A DNA stretch of 64,000 nucleotides from an uncultured Flavobacteriales bacterium (GTDB lineage: Bacteria > Bacteroidota > Bacteroidia > Flavobacteriales_G > NORP312), in the NCBI GenBank assembly GCA_905480125.1, contig CAJQPE010000002.1, positions 989 to 64,988 of the forward strand, read 5' to 3'. Of this stretch, positions 16,572-25,968 are shown piece by piece. The notes under the pieces are model-generated. The model was not told the origin of the DNA, searched no databases, and saw only the letters and a program-made list of their open reading frames with translations. Every line of letters begins with the position of its first letter. Position 1 is the stretch's first letter. The translations under genes and the position numbers were made by a program.

Positions 16572-17731
16572 TCTTTGATCATATCTAACGCAGCATCAAT
16601 ATAATAGAAAACATCAGCAGAATGTTTAGCTCCGTCTTTTTTAATTCTATTGTGCCCCAAGCGAACGATTACCAGGTCTTTTTCGGGAATAATTATGGTA
16701 TATTGCCCGTTAATGCCTCTTGCGTAGAATATGTCGTTTCCTTTGTGATTCATCAGCCACCAAGCATAGCCATAGTGATCAGTGTTCTTGCCAAAACGAT
16801 CTGGAATGTTTATTGATTTAGCTGCATCAATCACATAGTTAGAATCCAAAATTTGTTGACCATTCCAACTTCCTTTTTGAAGCATCAATTGTCCTACTCT
16901 TGCAAAATCTTTTGCGTTAGAAAAAACACAGCAATAGGCCTTTTCATGCCCATCATGTTTATCTAAGCTCCATAATGCATCTTTCTCTGCGCCGGTTGGT
17001 TTCCAAATCTTTTCTGAAAAATATTCTGAGGGGGTTTTTCCTGTTGCCTCTTTTAAAATTAAACCTAATAATAGATTGTTTCCTCCTTGGTAATGCCATT
17101 TTGTTCCTGGTTCATATTCTACATGATGAGCCAATGCAATATCTTTTACATCATTTCCGTAAAGCGCCTTTGCCATAAACCCAAAAGGGTTCATATAGTG
17201 TTCTCCGAAATCGATTCCTGAACTCATCGTAAGTAGGTGTTTTATTGTTAGGTTTTTGTCCTTCCCATCATTATAGGTCTCAAGATACTTGCCGACCTTG
17301 TCGTCAATACTTGTAATAAATCCTTCTTTGATGGCAATGCCTACTAAAATACTAATATAAGATTTCGCCATCGACCAAGAATTACTCAACGAAGCATCCG
17401 AAAATTCATCCCAATATTCTTCGTGCATTAATTTATTTTTGTAAATAACTATAAATGAAACAGGGTTAGTTGCCTCAATTTGCTTTCTTAATTCTGGTTC
17501 AATTTCTGACTTATTGTAGCCCTGCGAAAGCTTCCATGGCTGACCAACTCCAGCGTCAATTATTCTATTAGGATAGTTTTCGTGATTTACTATCGAAGGG
17601 CCAAGCCTTCCTTTAAAAATAGTATCAGCCAACGTATTATAAAAATGTAGATTACCTGTTGTAAACAAGACAATGTGCTGTATGACAAGAAGGATTAACA
17701 CCGCTATCCCTATGTTTATAAGTTTACGCAT
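16568..17731 (-). CDS. Membrane-anchored serine hydrolase of the beta-lactamase/class C (transpeptidase-like) family
   Basis: There is an N-terminal TM helix (INIGIAVLILLVIQHIVLF). The SxxK motif lies within NSWSMAKSY, and a downstream Y..N-type region and the overall length fit beta-lactamase-related proteins. Confidence 0.7.
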   Translation of the reverse strand: MRKLINIGIAVLILLVIQHIVLFTTGNLHFYNTLADTIFKGRLGPSIVNHENYPNRIIDAGVGQPWKLSQGYNKSEIEPELRKQIEATNPVSFIVIYKNKLMHEEYWDEFSDASLSNSWSMAKSYISILVGIAIKEGFITSIDDKVGKYLETYNDGKDKNLTIKHLLTMSSGIDFGEHYMNPFGFMAKALYGNDVKDIALAHHVEYEPGTKWHYQGGNNLLLGLILKEATGKTPSEYFSEKIWKPTGAEKDALWSLDKHDGHEKAYCCVFSNAKDFARVGQLMLQKGSWNGQQILDSNYVIDAAKSINIPDRFGKNTDHYGYAWWLMNHKGNDIFYARGINGQYTIIIPEKDLVIVRLGHNRIKKDGAKHSADVFYYIDAALDMIKE

Positions 17732-18431
17732 CTACCAATTCTGCTTCAAACAATTCACAAAAATGCTTTTTTAGACTCGTTGTTACGTTGTTTAAATCAA
17801 CTTTTTGTCCAAGTTCTTTTTCCATTGAAGTAACATGTTTATCATCTATTCCGCAAGGAATAATGTTTTTGAAATAGGATAAGTCTGTGTTTGCATTAAG
17901 TGCAAAACCATGCATAGTAACCCAGCGGCTACAGCGAACGCCAATTGCACAAATTTTTCTGGCTTTTAATGGGTTTTCAACATCCAACCAAACACCAGTA
18001 TAGCCACTATATCGTCCCGACTCAATTCCAAATTCGGCCAAAGTAAGAATAACCATTTCTTCCAAAAATCGCAGATATTTATGAATGTCCGTGAAGAATT
18101 TATCTAAATCTAAAATTGGATATCCAACAATTTGGCCTGGCCCATGATAAGTAATATCTCCTCCGCGATTGGTTTTATAAAAAGCAGCGTCAACTGTTTT
18201 AAGGCCTTCTTCATCTATTAAAAGATTATCAACTGAACCACTTTTTCCTAAGGTAAATACATTTGGGTGTTCACAAAACAGCAGTGTGCTTGTTGTTTCT
18301 TTTTGCAATGCTTGAGGGCTTTTCCGATTCTCTGTTTTTATCTGAACTGCTTCATTACTAAGCCGCTCTTGAAGCTTCCATGCCTTTTTAAAATCTATTA
18401 AGCCAAGATTTTTGTAGAGTACTTTTTGCAC
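17724..18431 (-). CDS. lipB: Octanoyltransferase (lipoyl(octanoyl) transferase)
   Basis: It has the RGGDITYHGPGQ motif, KICAIGV (catalytic Lys region) and PCG near the C-terminus. It is 235 aa with a GTG start. Confidence 0.9.
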   Translation of the reverse strand: MQKVLYKNLGLIDFKKAWKLQERLSNEAVQIKTENRKSPQALQKETTSTLLFCEHPNVFTLGKSGSVDNLLIDEEGLKTVDAAFYKTNRGGDITYHGPGQIVGYPILDLDKFFTDIHKYLRFLEEMVILTLAEFGIESGRYSGYTGVWLDVENPLKARKICAIGVRCSRWVTMHGFALNANTDLSYFKNIIPCGIDDKHVTSMEKELGQKVDLNNVTTSLKKHFCELFEAELVDA

Positions 18432-18439
18432 CGAACAAA

Positions 18440-19423
18440 TTAAATTTTAGATAATTCGTCTTTTAATCCGGTAATTACATCCACTTCTGTTGCGTCAATC
18501 TGCTTTAAATGAGCTAGCTCGACTGAAATATGGTCGCCAAAATGAATTAAGTACAAAGTCCTTTCAATTGCAGATAAGCCTTTAGAAAAAACCTCAATGA
18601 TATTTGTAGTATAATTTCTAATAATACTTTTATTGATGTCCATCCTTTTTTTAGACCGGTAAAAATCTGTTTCGTTTCTAAAAATAATAACTGCAAGATT
18701 GTCGTTTCCCCCTGCCCAACCAACAAGTTCATTGTGGTTCATTTCTGGAATAGCGTGGTGCCAGCATAACATTTTTGAATTCTCATTAAGTTGCTGTCTA
18801 AATCGAACTCCTACGCCTTCAAAACTAGCATCGGTATATATTACTGGAATCGTATCTTTTAAACACCCTGCAACGTACTTGGCCTGCTGCCGTATCTCAC
18901 TATCGCTAGAATTAATTGATTTAATCGTATGCTCAATTCCTTCTTCGAATACATTAGAAACTAAATTATATTGGTTCAATACAAAAAGCAATTGAGGGAA
19001 TGCTAAACCAAATGCTGCCCGAGGAGGAAGACCCCCCGGGATAATTATATAATTATATCCTTTCTCTTTCGCTATTTTTTCTATCGCTCCACCAGAAGTT
19101 ACGCAAGCTATTTCTGCCCCGTTTTTCTCTGCTGCTTCCAGCGCGTAAAGCGTTTCTTCTGTGTTTCCGGAATAAGAGCTTGCTATAAAAAGGGTGTTCT
19201 CATCTACAAACTGAGGAATGGAATAATCCTTATTAACAATAATCGGAACTTTAATCTCTTGGGCCACCAATTGACCAACTATTGTTCCTCCAATGCCGGA
19301 CCCACCGAGACCAGAAATCACAACATTAGCTATTTTTTTGTTCGTAGAAGAAAACTTTATTTGCCTCCCTATTTCAAGGGATTTTGTTAAGTGTTTGGTA
19401 AAATCTTCTACTAAATCTATCAT
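18440..19423 (-). CDS. SIS-domain bifunctional phosphoglucose/phosphomannose isomerase family protein
   Basis: VISGLGGSGIGG and SYSGNTEET are SIS-domain motifs. The ~327-aa length fits the archaeal/bacterial PGI/PMI family. Confidence 0.65.
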   Translation of the reverse strand: MIDLVEDFTKHLTKSLEIGRQIKFSSTNKKIANVVISGLGGSGIGGTIVGQLVAQEIKVPIIVNKDYSIPQFVDENTLFIASSYSGNTEETLYALEAAEKNGAEIACVTSGGAIEKIAKEKGYNYIIIPGGLPPRAAFGLAFPQLLFVLNQYNLVSNVFEEGIEHTIKSINSSDSEIRQQAKYVAGCLKDTIPVIYTDASFEGVGVRFRQQLNENSKMLCWHHAIPEMNHNELVGWAGGNDNLAVIIFRNETDFYRSKKRMDINKSIIRNYTTNIIEVFSKGLSAIERTLYLIHFGDHISVELAHLKQIDATEVDVITGLKDELSKI

Positions 19424-19520
19424 TGCCTAATGTGTTGTTAATTAACAAATATAAAAAAGGTTTTAAAGGCAAAGTCATCATATGGCCGTGTTAATTATCT
19501 TCGCACAAAATTTCACAGAA

Positions 19521-21233
19521 ATGAGTCAGCAATTAAGCGAGCAAGAATTAGTTAGAAGACAGTCGCTAACTAAATTAAGAGATTTGGGAATTAATCCATA
19601 TCCCCAAGCTTTATATCCTGTAACAACTCGTTCATCAGAGGTTAAAAAAAATTTCGAAGAAGGGAAAAAAGTGATGATAGCTGGCAGGCTAATGTCTAGA
19701 AGAAATCAAGGGAAGGCTTCTTTCGCAGAACTGCAAGATAGCGAAGGTAGAATTCAGGTCTATTTTAATAGAGACGAAATATGCATAAGTGATGACAAAA
19801 TGATGTATAATGATGTCTACAAAAAACTATTGGACATCGGAGATTTTATTGGTGTTGAAGGAGAGCTATTTAAGACGCAAGTTGGTCAGATTAGTGTTAG
19901 GGTAAAAAATTTTTCATTGTTAAGCAAGTCTTTAAAACCCCTTCCATTGCCAAAGACTGATGCTGAAGGAAATGTTCATGATGCCTTCACCGATCCTGAA
20001 ATGAGATACAGGCAGCGTTATGCTGATTTAGTTGTAAACCCACACGTTAAAGAGGTGTTCGTTAAACGCGCCAAATTAATGCATGCAATGCGTTCTTTCT
20101 TTATAGATAGAGGGTATTACGAAGTAGAAACGCCTATTTTGCAGCCGATACCGGGCGGTGCTGCGGCTCGTCCTTTTGTTACACATCATAACTCGTTAGA
20201 TGTACCGATGTACTTGCGAATTGCATGTGAACTTTATTTAAAAAAGACGCTAATTGGTGGTTTTGAAGGTGTATTCGAGTTTGCAAAAACTTTCCGTAAT
20301 GAGGGAATGGATAGAACGCATAATCCAGAATTTTCGATGATGGAAATTTACGTGGCCTATAAGGACTATAATTGGATGATGGAGTTTGCTGAAAATTTAC
20401 TAGAACATTGTGCAATTGCGGTAAATGGAACTACAAAAGCTGAATTTGGAGGACACAACATTAATTTCAAAGCACCCTACAAAAAAGTTACGATGCGCCA
20501 AGCGATTATCGATTTCACGGGGTTAGATATCAAAAACAAAACAGAAGCGGAACTTACTTCATGGTGCACTGCAAATGGTATTGAGGTGAATAGCACTATG
20601 GGTAAAGGGAAATTAATCGATGAAATTTTTGGAGAAAAGTGCGAAAGCAATTACATAGACCCCACATTTATTATCGACTACCCAAAAGAAATGTCACCGC
20701 TTTGCAAGGAACACAGGGATGATCCTAGCTTAACGGAGCGCTTTGAGTTAATGATTTGCGGCAAAGAATTGGCTAACGCCTATACAGAGTTAAATGACCC
20801 AATAGACCAAAAAGAGCGTTTCGAAGAGCAGCTTAAACTTGCTGCCAAAGGGGATGACGAAGCTGGGGAGTTTATTGATTATGACTTTTTAAGAGCTTTA
20901 GAATATGGCATGCCGCCAACATCTGGCATGGGAGTTGGAATTGATAGATTAATCATGTTTTTAACTGGTAATGAAAGCATACAAGAAGTTGTTCTTTTCC
21001 CTCAAATGAAACCAGAGGCAAAAGCGCAAAAAACGGTTGAGTTAAAAGATAACGAAAAAGCCATTTTTGATATTCTAAGTAAAACGGGCTCAATGGAACT
21101 CAATACTCTTAAAGAGCAAGCAGGCCTTAGCAACAAAGGGTGGGATAAAGGAATGAAAAGTTTGAGTAAACATGGTTTGACTTCTGTAATTAAAGGTGAT
21201 GATGGCAGCTTGACCGTTATGGTTGTGGAGTAG
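19521..21233 (+). CDS. lysS: Lysine--tRNA ligase (class II) with a ~70-aa C-terminal extension
   Basis: It has the OB anticodon-binding region and class II motifs (YLRIACELYLK, FRNEG, GMGVGIDRLIMF). I take the start at MSQQLSEQELVRR (ATG 19521). The tail after FPQMKPE is an extra domain. Confidence 0.9.
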   Translation: MSQQLSEQELVRRQSLTKLRDLGINPYPQALYPVTTRSSEVKKNFEEGKKVMIAGRLMSRRNQGKASFAELQDSEGRIQVYFNRDEICISDDKMMYNDVYKKLLDIGDFIGVEGELFKTQVGQISVRVKNFSLLSKSLKPLPLPKTDAEGNVHDAFTDPEMRYRQRYADLVVNPHVKEVFVKRAKLMHAMRSFFIDRGYYEVETPILQPIPGGAAARPFVTHHNSLDVPMYLRIACELYLKKTLIGGFEGVFEFAKTFRNEGMDRTHNPEFSMMEIYVAYKDYNWMMEFAENLLEHCAIAVNGTTKAEFGGHNINFKAPYKKVTMRQAIIDFTGLDIKNKTEAELTSWCTANGIEVNSTMGKGKLIDEIFGEKCESNYIDPTFIIDYPKEMSPLCKEHRDDPSLTERFELMICGKELANAYTELNDPIDQKERFEEQLKLAAKGDDEAGEFIDYDFLRALEYGMPPTSGMGVGIDRLIMFLTGNESIQEVVLFPQMKPEAKAQKTVELKDNEKAIFDILSKTGSMELNTLKEQAGLSNKGWDKGMKSLSKHGLTSVIKGDDGSLTVMVVE

Positions 21234-21334
21234 GTCTTCTCTTACCGGATTTAATTAGTTAAGTGTTCCTTTTTCCATTTTTGGCGTTATGTAGTTAGTA
21301 ATCAATAAAATCGTTTAACTAAATTCAAGAGACT

Positions 21335-21757
21335 ATGAAACGCATATACACAACACTTTTAATCTTAATAACATCCGTATGCTCTGGGCAAGCAATGTTT
21401 CTTTCCATTAATCTTTCTGGACAAGACACGTGTAATGATGTGCCACAAAATTGTGATTCTCTTTTTGCTACCTTTGCTTCTAAAAAAGGTGGTATCATAA
21501 CTAAAAAGGAGTTGAGCCTTGGAAAAGGGTTAGCGATTAAATCTGTAGCGGCGATTTGTAAAGGGCAGGTACTTTCGTATAATATTTCCCTGAATGGAAA
21601 TGAAGTCATTAACCATGGCCCTTATCTTACTGAGCAAGCCAAAAAACTACTTAGTTATGCTAAGCCTGGAGACGACTTATCTTTTGAGTTTATCAAAGTT
21701 AAAGAGCCATACGGCTACGTCAGAAATCTTGGGGCCATATCATTTACTGTGAAATAA
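21335..21757 (+). CDS. Small secreted hypothetical protein (140 aa)
   Basis: It has a signal peptide (MKRIYTTLLILITSVCSGQ). I chose it over the overlapping antisense ORF 21325-21609 because of the signal peptide and the clean ATG. No domain recognised. Confidence 0.55.
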   Translation: MKRIYTTLLILITSVCSGQAMFLSINLSGQDTCNDVPQNCDSLFATFASKKGGIITKKELSLGKGLAIKSVAAICKGQVLSYNISLNGNEVINHGPYLTEQAKKLLSYAKPGDDLSFEFIKVKEPYGYVRNLGAISFTVK

Positions 21758-21793
21758 ACACTAAAGGCTTGGAATGAATCGTTAGGTCTCGTT

Positions 21794-21878
21794 GAGCTTA
21801 AAGAGCAAGCAGAAAAAGTCACAAAGCTTGGCCAAGTTGGAAACAGGGGATGATGGACTAATTGTTAGTATTATTTAA
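21794..21878 (+). pseudogene. Possible frameshifted relic of a lysS-like 3' end
   Basis: The 16-nt exact match cttaaagagcaagcag occurs at 21797-21812 and in lysS at 21108-21123. It is followed by ggggatgatgga...taa. Two-frame translation gives ELKEQA... and GDDGLIVSII*, versus the lysS tail TLKEQA...GDDGSLTVMVVE*. Confidence 0.3.
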
Positions 21879-22439
21879 TCACTCGTTTTGCTTCGCCTTT
21901 CTTTTTTGACGGTTATTATGCCAATCATTAAAATTAATTTGGTTTATCGCAATTATTGGTATTAGAGCAATCCAAACGAAAAATACAAACCCAAGATCTA
22001 ATCCAAAATAAAAAAGAATTACCACAACAATTAACATAATGACAATTGCTATAAGAGCTAGTCCTAAACAGCCCAACATTTTTGGAAATAAGAAGCCCGC
22101 ATAGGTATCGAAATACTCATGCTCCCTCTTAAGATAGGGACTTTTGCTTGCTGCTCTCGCTTTTTTTCTTGCGGCGCTTCTGTATGCTGTATCTTCGTAT
22201 CTTTCTCTACCTGATGCTTTGTTTGGACTGGGACTAGCGGAAGTTAAATCATAACGCCTTCTAATTTCAGGGTCTTTTAAAATTTCGTATGCTTCTGTAA
22301 TTACAATAAATTTTTCTTCGGCTTTAGCTATTTTACTAATATCGGGATGATATCTTTTCGCAAGTACTCGATATGAATCTTTGATTTCTTGTTGAGTCGC
22401 TGTATGGGTTAGTCCTAATATTTCGTATAAATTGTACAT
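21879..22439 (-). CDS. J-domain (DnaJ-like) membrane protein
   Basis: The J-domain is YEILGLTHTATQQEIKDSYRVLAKRYHPD, including the HPD motif. The C-terminal half has two or three hydrophobic helices. I take the ATG at 22439 (MYNLYEILGL) over the TTG at 22457. Confidence 0.75.
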   Translation of the reverse strand: MYNLYEILGLTHTATQQEIKDSYRVLAKRYHPDISKIAKAEEKFIVITEAYEILKDPEIRRRYDLTSASPSPNKASGRERYEDTAYRSAARKKARAASKSPYLKREHEYFDTYAGFLFPKMLGCLGLALIAIVIMLIVVVILFYFGLDLGFVFFVWIALIPIIAINQINFNDWHNNRQKRKAKQNE

Positions 22440-22616
22440 CTGAGAAGCGAAATACAATACTATGAAACGTTTAGCACTTCTCTGCCTCAGTTATAATCTT
22501 ATCACCGTCGTAAAAGAACTTCCTTTATTAAAAAACGATTAAGTACCGATAAGCGAATATTGGGTTTAAGCTTTTAAGCCGGAGAAACAAAATGATACTT
22601 AATTTAGATTGATAAG

Positions 22617-24272
22617 TTATTTATCAGCCAGCAACCGTTCAATAAAACTAGTCGTTTGTTCTACGTACATTTTGTAATAAGGGCCCGTTCCTGGCCCATA
22701 GAAGCCCGTATGGATTTTTCGAATGGCCCCCTCCCTGTCAATAAACAAAGTCGTAGGAAAGGACATAACGTGATTAAGTTGTGGTAGTTTCTTTGTCGCA
22801 CAATTTTTACTTGCACACCCCGCGATAAGGTACTCATGCTCTGTTCCGAAATGCCTTTTCAATTTTTCAACACCAGTTTTGTTTTTTCCAAAATCAGTAG
22901 AAGGCTCAAAGCAAATTGAAATAATCTCTAGACCGTCTGAATTATATTTCTCATATAACTCTGCCAATAACTTGGTTTCGTCCATGCAATTTGGGCACCA
23001 AGAAGCCATAATTTGAACCAAAACGACTTTGTCAACATACCGATCATCCTTATTAGAAATCAATACATTATCTAAATTTGGAAATGAGAAAACAAACTCT
23101 TGAGTGGAATCAATTTGATAAGTTAATTTGTCGGGATCTGCGAGTATTGCGTTATCGTTTCGCTTTGCTATCCATGGCTCCTCCCAATGTTTTCCCGAAA
23201 AAAAAGTGCCTGCGATTACTTCGCTATCATCAATCATGGCTTTGAAAAGAAACGCATGGGCGCCATCGAAACAAGACAGCAACATTTTATTTCCGTCAAT
23301 ATTTCCCTCTAAAAAACGATAATCTCCCGTTTCTGTAATGAAAGTTCCCATAACCACGTTTCCGTTTTGTTCAAAAACTCCAATTGCAGGATATGCATCT
23401 TTCGTTCCTGGACTAAAGGTAACATCCCATTTGCCAGAAAAATTTTGTGGGGCATCATCAGAAATTTCAAATCTAGTCATCGGAAATTTTCTCCCTTCAA
23501 ACGGAATTGAATAATTTCCTTTTGCCAAATTATTCCAGCGGCCCGCAATTTGTTCTCCTCGCCTAATAAACCTTAGCTCAGAGTTAAAAATTGGCATTTC
23601 CAAAATAGTTGTGTCTCCATCTGTTTTAACTAAATCTATCTGTATTTTCTCTTCGCCGTTTAAGATAAAATACTCATTACTATCTATAATGATTGAAATT
23701 GGCAAAACTTCTTCCTTAAACAATAAATCAAAACACCAAAATTCCTTAGTTTGTTCAACAAACTCACCAACAACTTTGTATTCAAACTGGTCTATCTCTC
23801 TAACTTTTTGTGTTCCATTTATTTCATACCCCAATCCTGGTTGATAATATAATTCTTGATAATTATTGTTAATTCTATCTTTTACTAGCCGCTGCATATA
23901 AACCATCTCGCATTTATCTCCGCTGAAAACATATTGTATTTGCTTCGTTGCTACCTTCTCCGAAAGACTAATGCAGTTAATAATTGTTTTTTCTCCGCTA
24001 ACAGTCTTTTCAATAGAATATTCGGATTGAAATTTCGGCATATTTATCTCAGCTTCTAGAAAATAGGCGAGTTCTTTTTTCCAGCTAACTTTAACCTTAG
24101 AGTTCTTAGAAATCCCATCTTTTGTAATCGTTTTTGCAACGAAAAAATTCCGTTTCGATAATAACTTTATTTCATTTTCAAAAGAAAATATAGGTGTAAA
24201 CGAAGAATTTTCTGGCCTTAAATTACAAGATACGGCAATACCTACAGAAAATATAAATAATAAATTTCGCAT
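22617..24272 (-). CDS. Lipoprotein with a large unknown N-terminal region and a C-terminal TlpA/ResA-like thioredoxin domain
   Basis: The lipobox is SVGIAVSC. The C-terminal ~170 aa carry VVLVQIMASWCPNCMDE (CxxC) in a thioredoxin-fold context. Confidence 0.7.
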   Translation of the reverse strand: MRNLLFIFSVGIAVSCNLRPENSSFTPIFSFENEIKLLSKRNFFVAKTITKDGISKNSKVKVSWKKELAYFLEAEINMPKFQSEYSIEKTVSGEKTIINCISLSEKVATKQIQYVFSGDKCEMVYMQRLVKDRINNNYQELYYQPGLGYEINGTQKVREIDQFEYKVVGEFVEQTKEFWCFDLLFKEEVLPISIIIDSNEYFILNGEEKIQIDLVKTDGDTTILEMPIFNSELRFIRRGEQIAGRWNNLAKGNYSIPFEGRKFPMTRFEISDDAPQNFSGKWDVTFSPGTKDAYPAIGVFEQNGNVVMGTFITETGDYRFLEGNIDGNKMLLSCFDGAHAFLFKAMIDDSEVIAGTFFSGKHWEEPWIAKRNDNAILADPDKLTYQIDSTQEFVFSFPNLDNVLISNKDDRYVDKVVLVQIMASWCPNCMDETKLLAELYEKYNSDGLEIISICFEPSTDFGKNKTGVEKLKRHFGTEHEYLIAGCASKNCATKKLPQLNHVMSFPTTLFIDREGAIRKIHTGFYGPGTGPYYKMYVEQTTSFIERLLADK

Positions 24273-24451
24273 CCTGGTTTAGTTGTTTGCTTAGTAAAAG
24301 TATAATATTTAGCCAGATAGATCGTGTTTATATAATGAGATTATTAGCCGCTAATTGCCTATAGGACTTCAAGAATGTTTATCATTAAATGGGAGTTAAG
24401 AGTTCTTCGTTTTTAAACGAATAGCTTCAGGTAGTTCTTATTCCCTCCCAA

Positions 24452-25651
24452 TTAGTAAAGGAAATTATTGTAAGGAAATCGTTTAATATGAACCTTTTTT
24501 ACCTCTTCGTAAAGTAAACTTCTGAGCTCTTCGATATTCTCTTTATTGATTGCAGAAATGAATAAACAGAGGTCATCATTCTTTGTTATCCACATCTTTT
24601 TCAAGGCTTCTAAGCTATAGTTCAGGTCTTTGTTTCCTGTAAAGTCAAACTCTGTTTCTTGCTCTTCTTCCGTGTTGAACGTATAGTTGTCAATTTTATT
24701 GAAAAGCAATAGCGTTGGTTTATCGACAGAGTCAAGTTCTGCTAAGGTTGATTTTACTACCTCAATCTGTTCCTGAAAATTAGGGTGTGAAATATCAACT
24801 ACATGAATTAATATGTCTGCTTCCCTCACCTCATCAAGTGTAGATTTAAACGATTCTACTAACTGGTGGGGCAGCTTACGAATAAACCCAACCGTGTCAG
24901 ACATCAAAAAAGGTAAATTTTGAAGCACCACCTTTCTCACCGTTGTGTCGAGTGTTGCAAACAATTTATCCTCAGCAAAAACTTCCGATTTACTCAGCAT
25001 GTTCATTATTGTTGATTTTCCAACATTGGTATATCCAACTAATGCCGCACGAACCAATGCGCCTCGGTTTCCCCTTTGAATAGCTTTTTGCTTGTCAATT
25101 TTAGCAAGTTTTTCTTTCAGCAGAGCAATCTTTTGCTGAACAATTCTCCTGTCCGTTTCTATTTGGGTTTCCCCTGGCCCCCTTAAGCCTATGCCGCCGC
25201 CTTTTTGTCGGTCAAGGTGTGTCCACATCCGGGTTAATCGAGGCAACAGATATTGATATTGAGCCAATTCTACTTGCAGCTTAGCATCATGCGTTCGTGC
25301 TCTTGAAGCAAAAATGTCAAGAATTAGATTATTTCGATCTAGGATTTTTCTTTCAAAAATACGTTCAATATTCCGGAGTTGAGAAGGTGATAGTTCATCG
25401 TCGAATATAATACAGTCTATTTGGTGTTGTCTAACATATTCTTCAACCTCTTTTATTTTTCCACTTCCTAAAAATGTTTTTGGGTGCGGATGCTCTAGGT
25501 TTTGTGTGAAGTACTTCTTCGCAACAGCACCTGCCGTCATAGCTAGAAATTCTAGCTCGTCTAAATATTCTTTTGTTTGAAGTTCTGACTGCCCTTTGGT
25601 TACAACACCTACTAATACGGCTGTTTCAGAAACAAATGCTGTGTCTATCAT
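24452..25651 (-). CDS. hflX: GTPase HflX
   Basis: It has the HflX N-terminal domain and G motifs GYTNVGKST, DTVGF and NKID. It is 399 aa. Confidence 0.9.
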   Translation of the reverse strand: MIDTAFVSETAVLVGVVTKGQSELQTKEYLDELEFLAMTAGAVAKKYFTQNLEHPHPKTFLGSGKIKEVEEYVRQHQIDCIIFDDELSPSQLRNIERIFERKILDRNNLILDIFASRARTHDAKLQVELAQYQYLLPRLTRMWTHLDRQKGGGIGLRGPGETQIETDRRIVQQKIALLKEKLAKIDKQKAIQRGNRGALVRAALVGYTNVGKSTIMNMLSKSEVFAEDKLFATLDTTVRKVVLQNLPFLMSDTVGFIRKLPHQLVESFKSTLDEVREADILIHVVDISHPNFQEQIEVVKSTLAELDSVDKPTLLLFNKIDNYTFNTEEEQETEFDFTGNKDLNYSLEALKKMWITKNDDLCLFISAINKENIEELRSLLYEEVKKVHIKRFPYNNFLY

Positions 25652-25653
25652 TT

Positions 25654-25968
25654 CTATCTCCGCAATGTGGTAATATACTCTGTCACTTGAATAATTTCTT
25701 CTTCCGACAATATCGCCCCGTATCCAGCCATACTGCCTTTTCCTGTTGTAATGATGTCTATAACTTCTTTGTTGGTGAGTGTTGAGGCCAATAAATCTTT
25801 TGCTCCCCCCAGCCCTTTAGTTCCATCATTTCCATGGCAAGCAATACATTTCGCCAAGTAAATTATTCTTCCGTTTGAGGCACTTTCCGTGTTGTTTGTT
25901 GGTGAAACTTTTCCTCCGCAAGAAACGAACCCAAGTAATAAAGAAACGAATAGACTTCTTTTTAGCAC
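25654..25968 (-). CDS. Small c-type cytochrome (class I), probable lipoprotein
   Basis: The heme-binding motif is CIACHG, with a lipobox LLLGFVSCGG and a downstream GSMAGY candidate Met ligand. It is 104 aa with a GTG start. Confidence 0.8.
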   Translation of the reverse strand: MLKRSLFVSLLLGFVSCGGKVSPTNNTESASNGRIIYLAKCIACHGNDGTKGLGGAKDLLASTLTNKEVIDIITTGKGSMAGYGAILSEEEIIQVTEYITTLRR

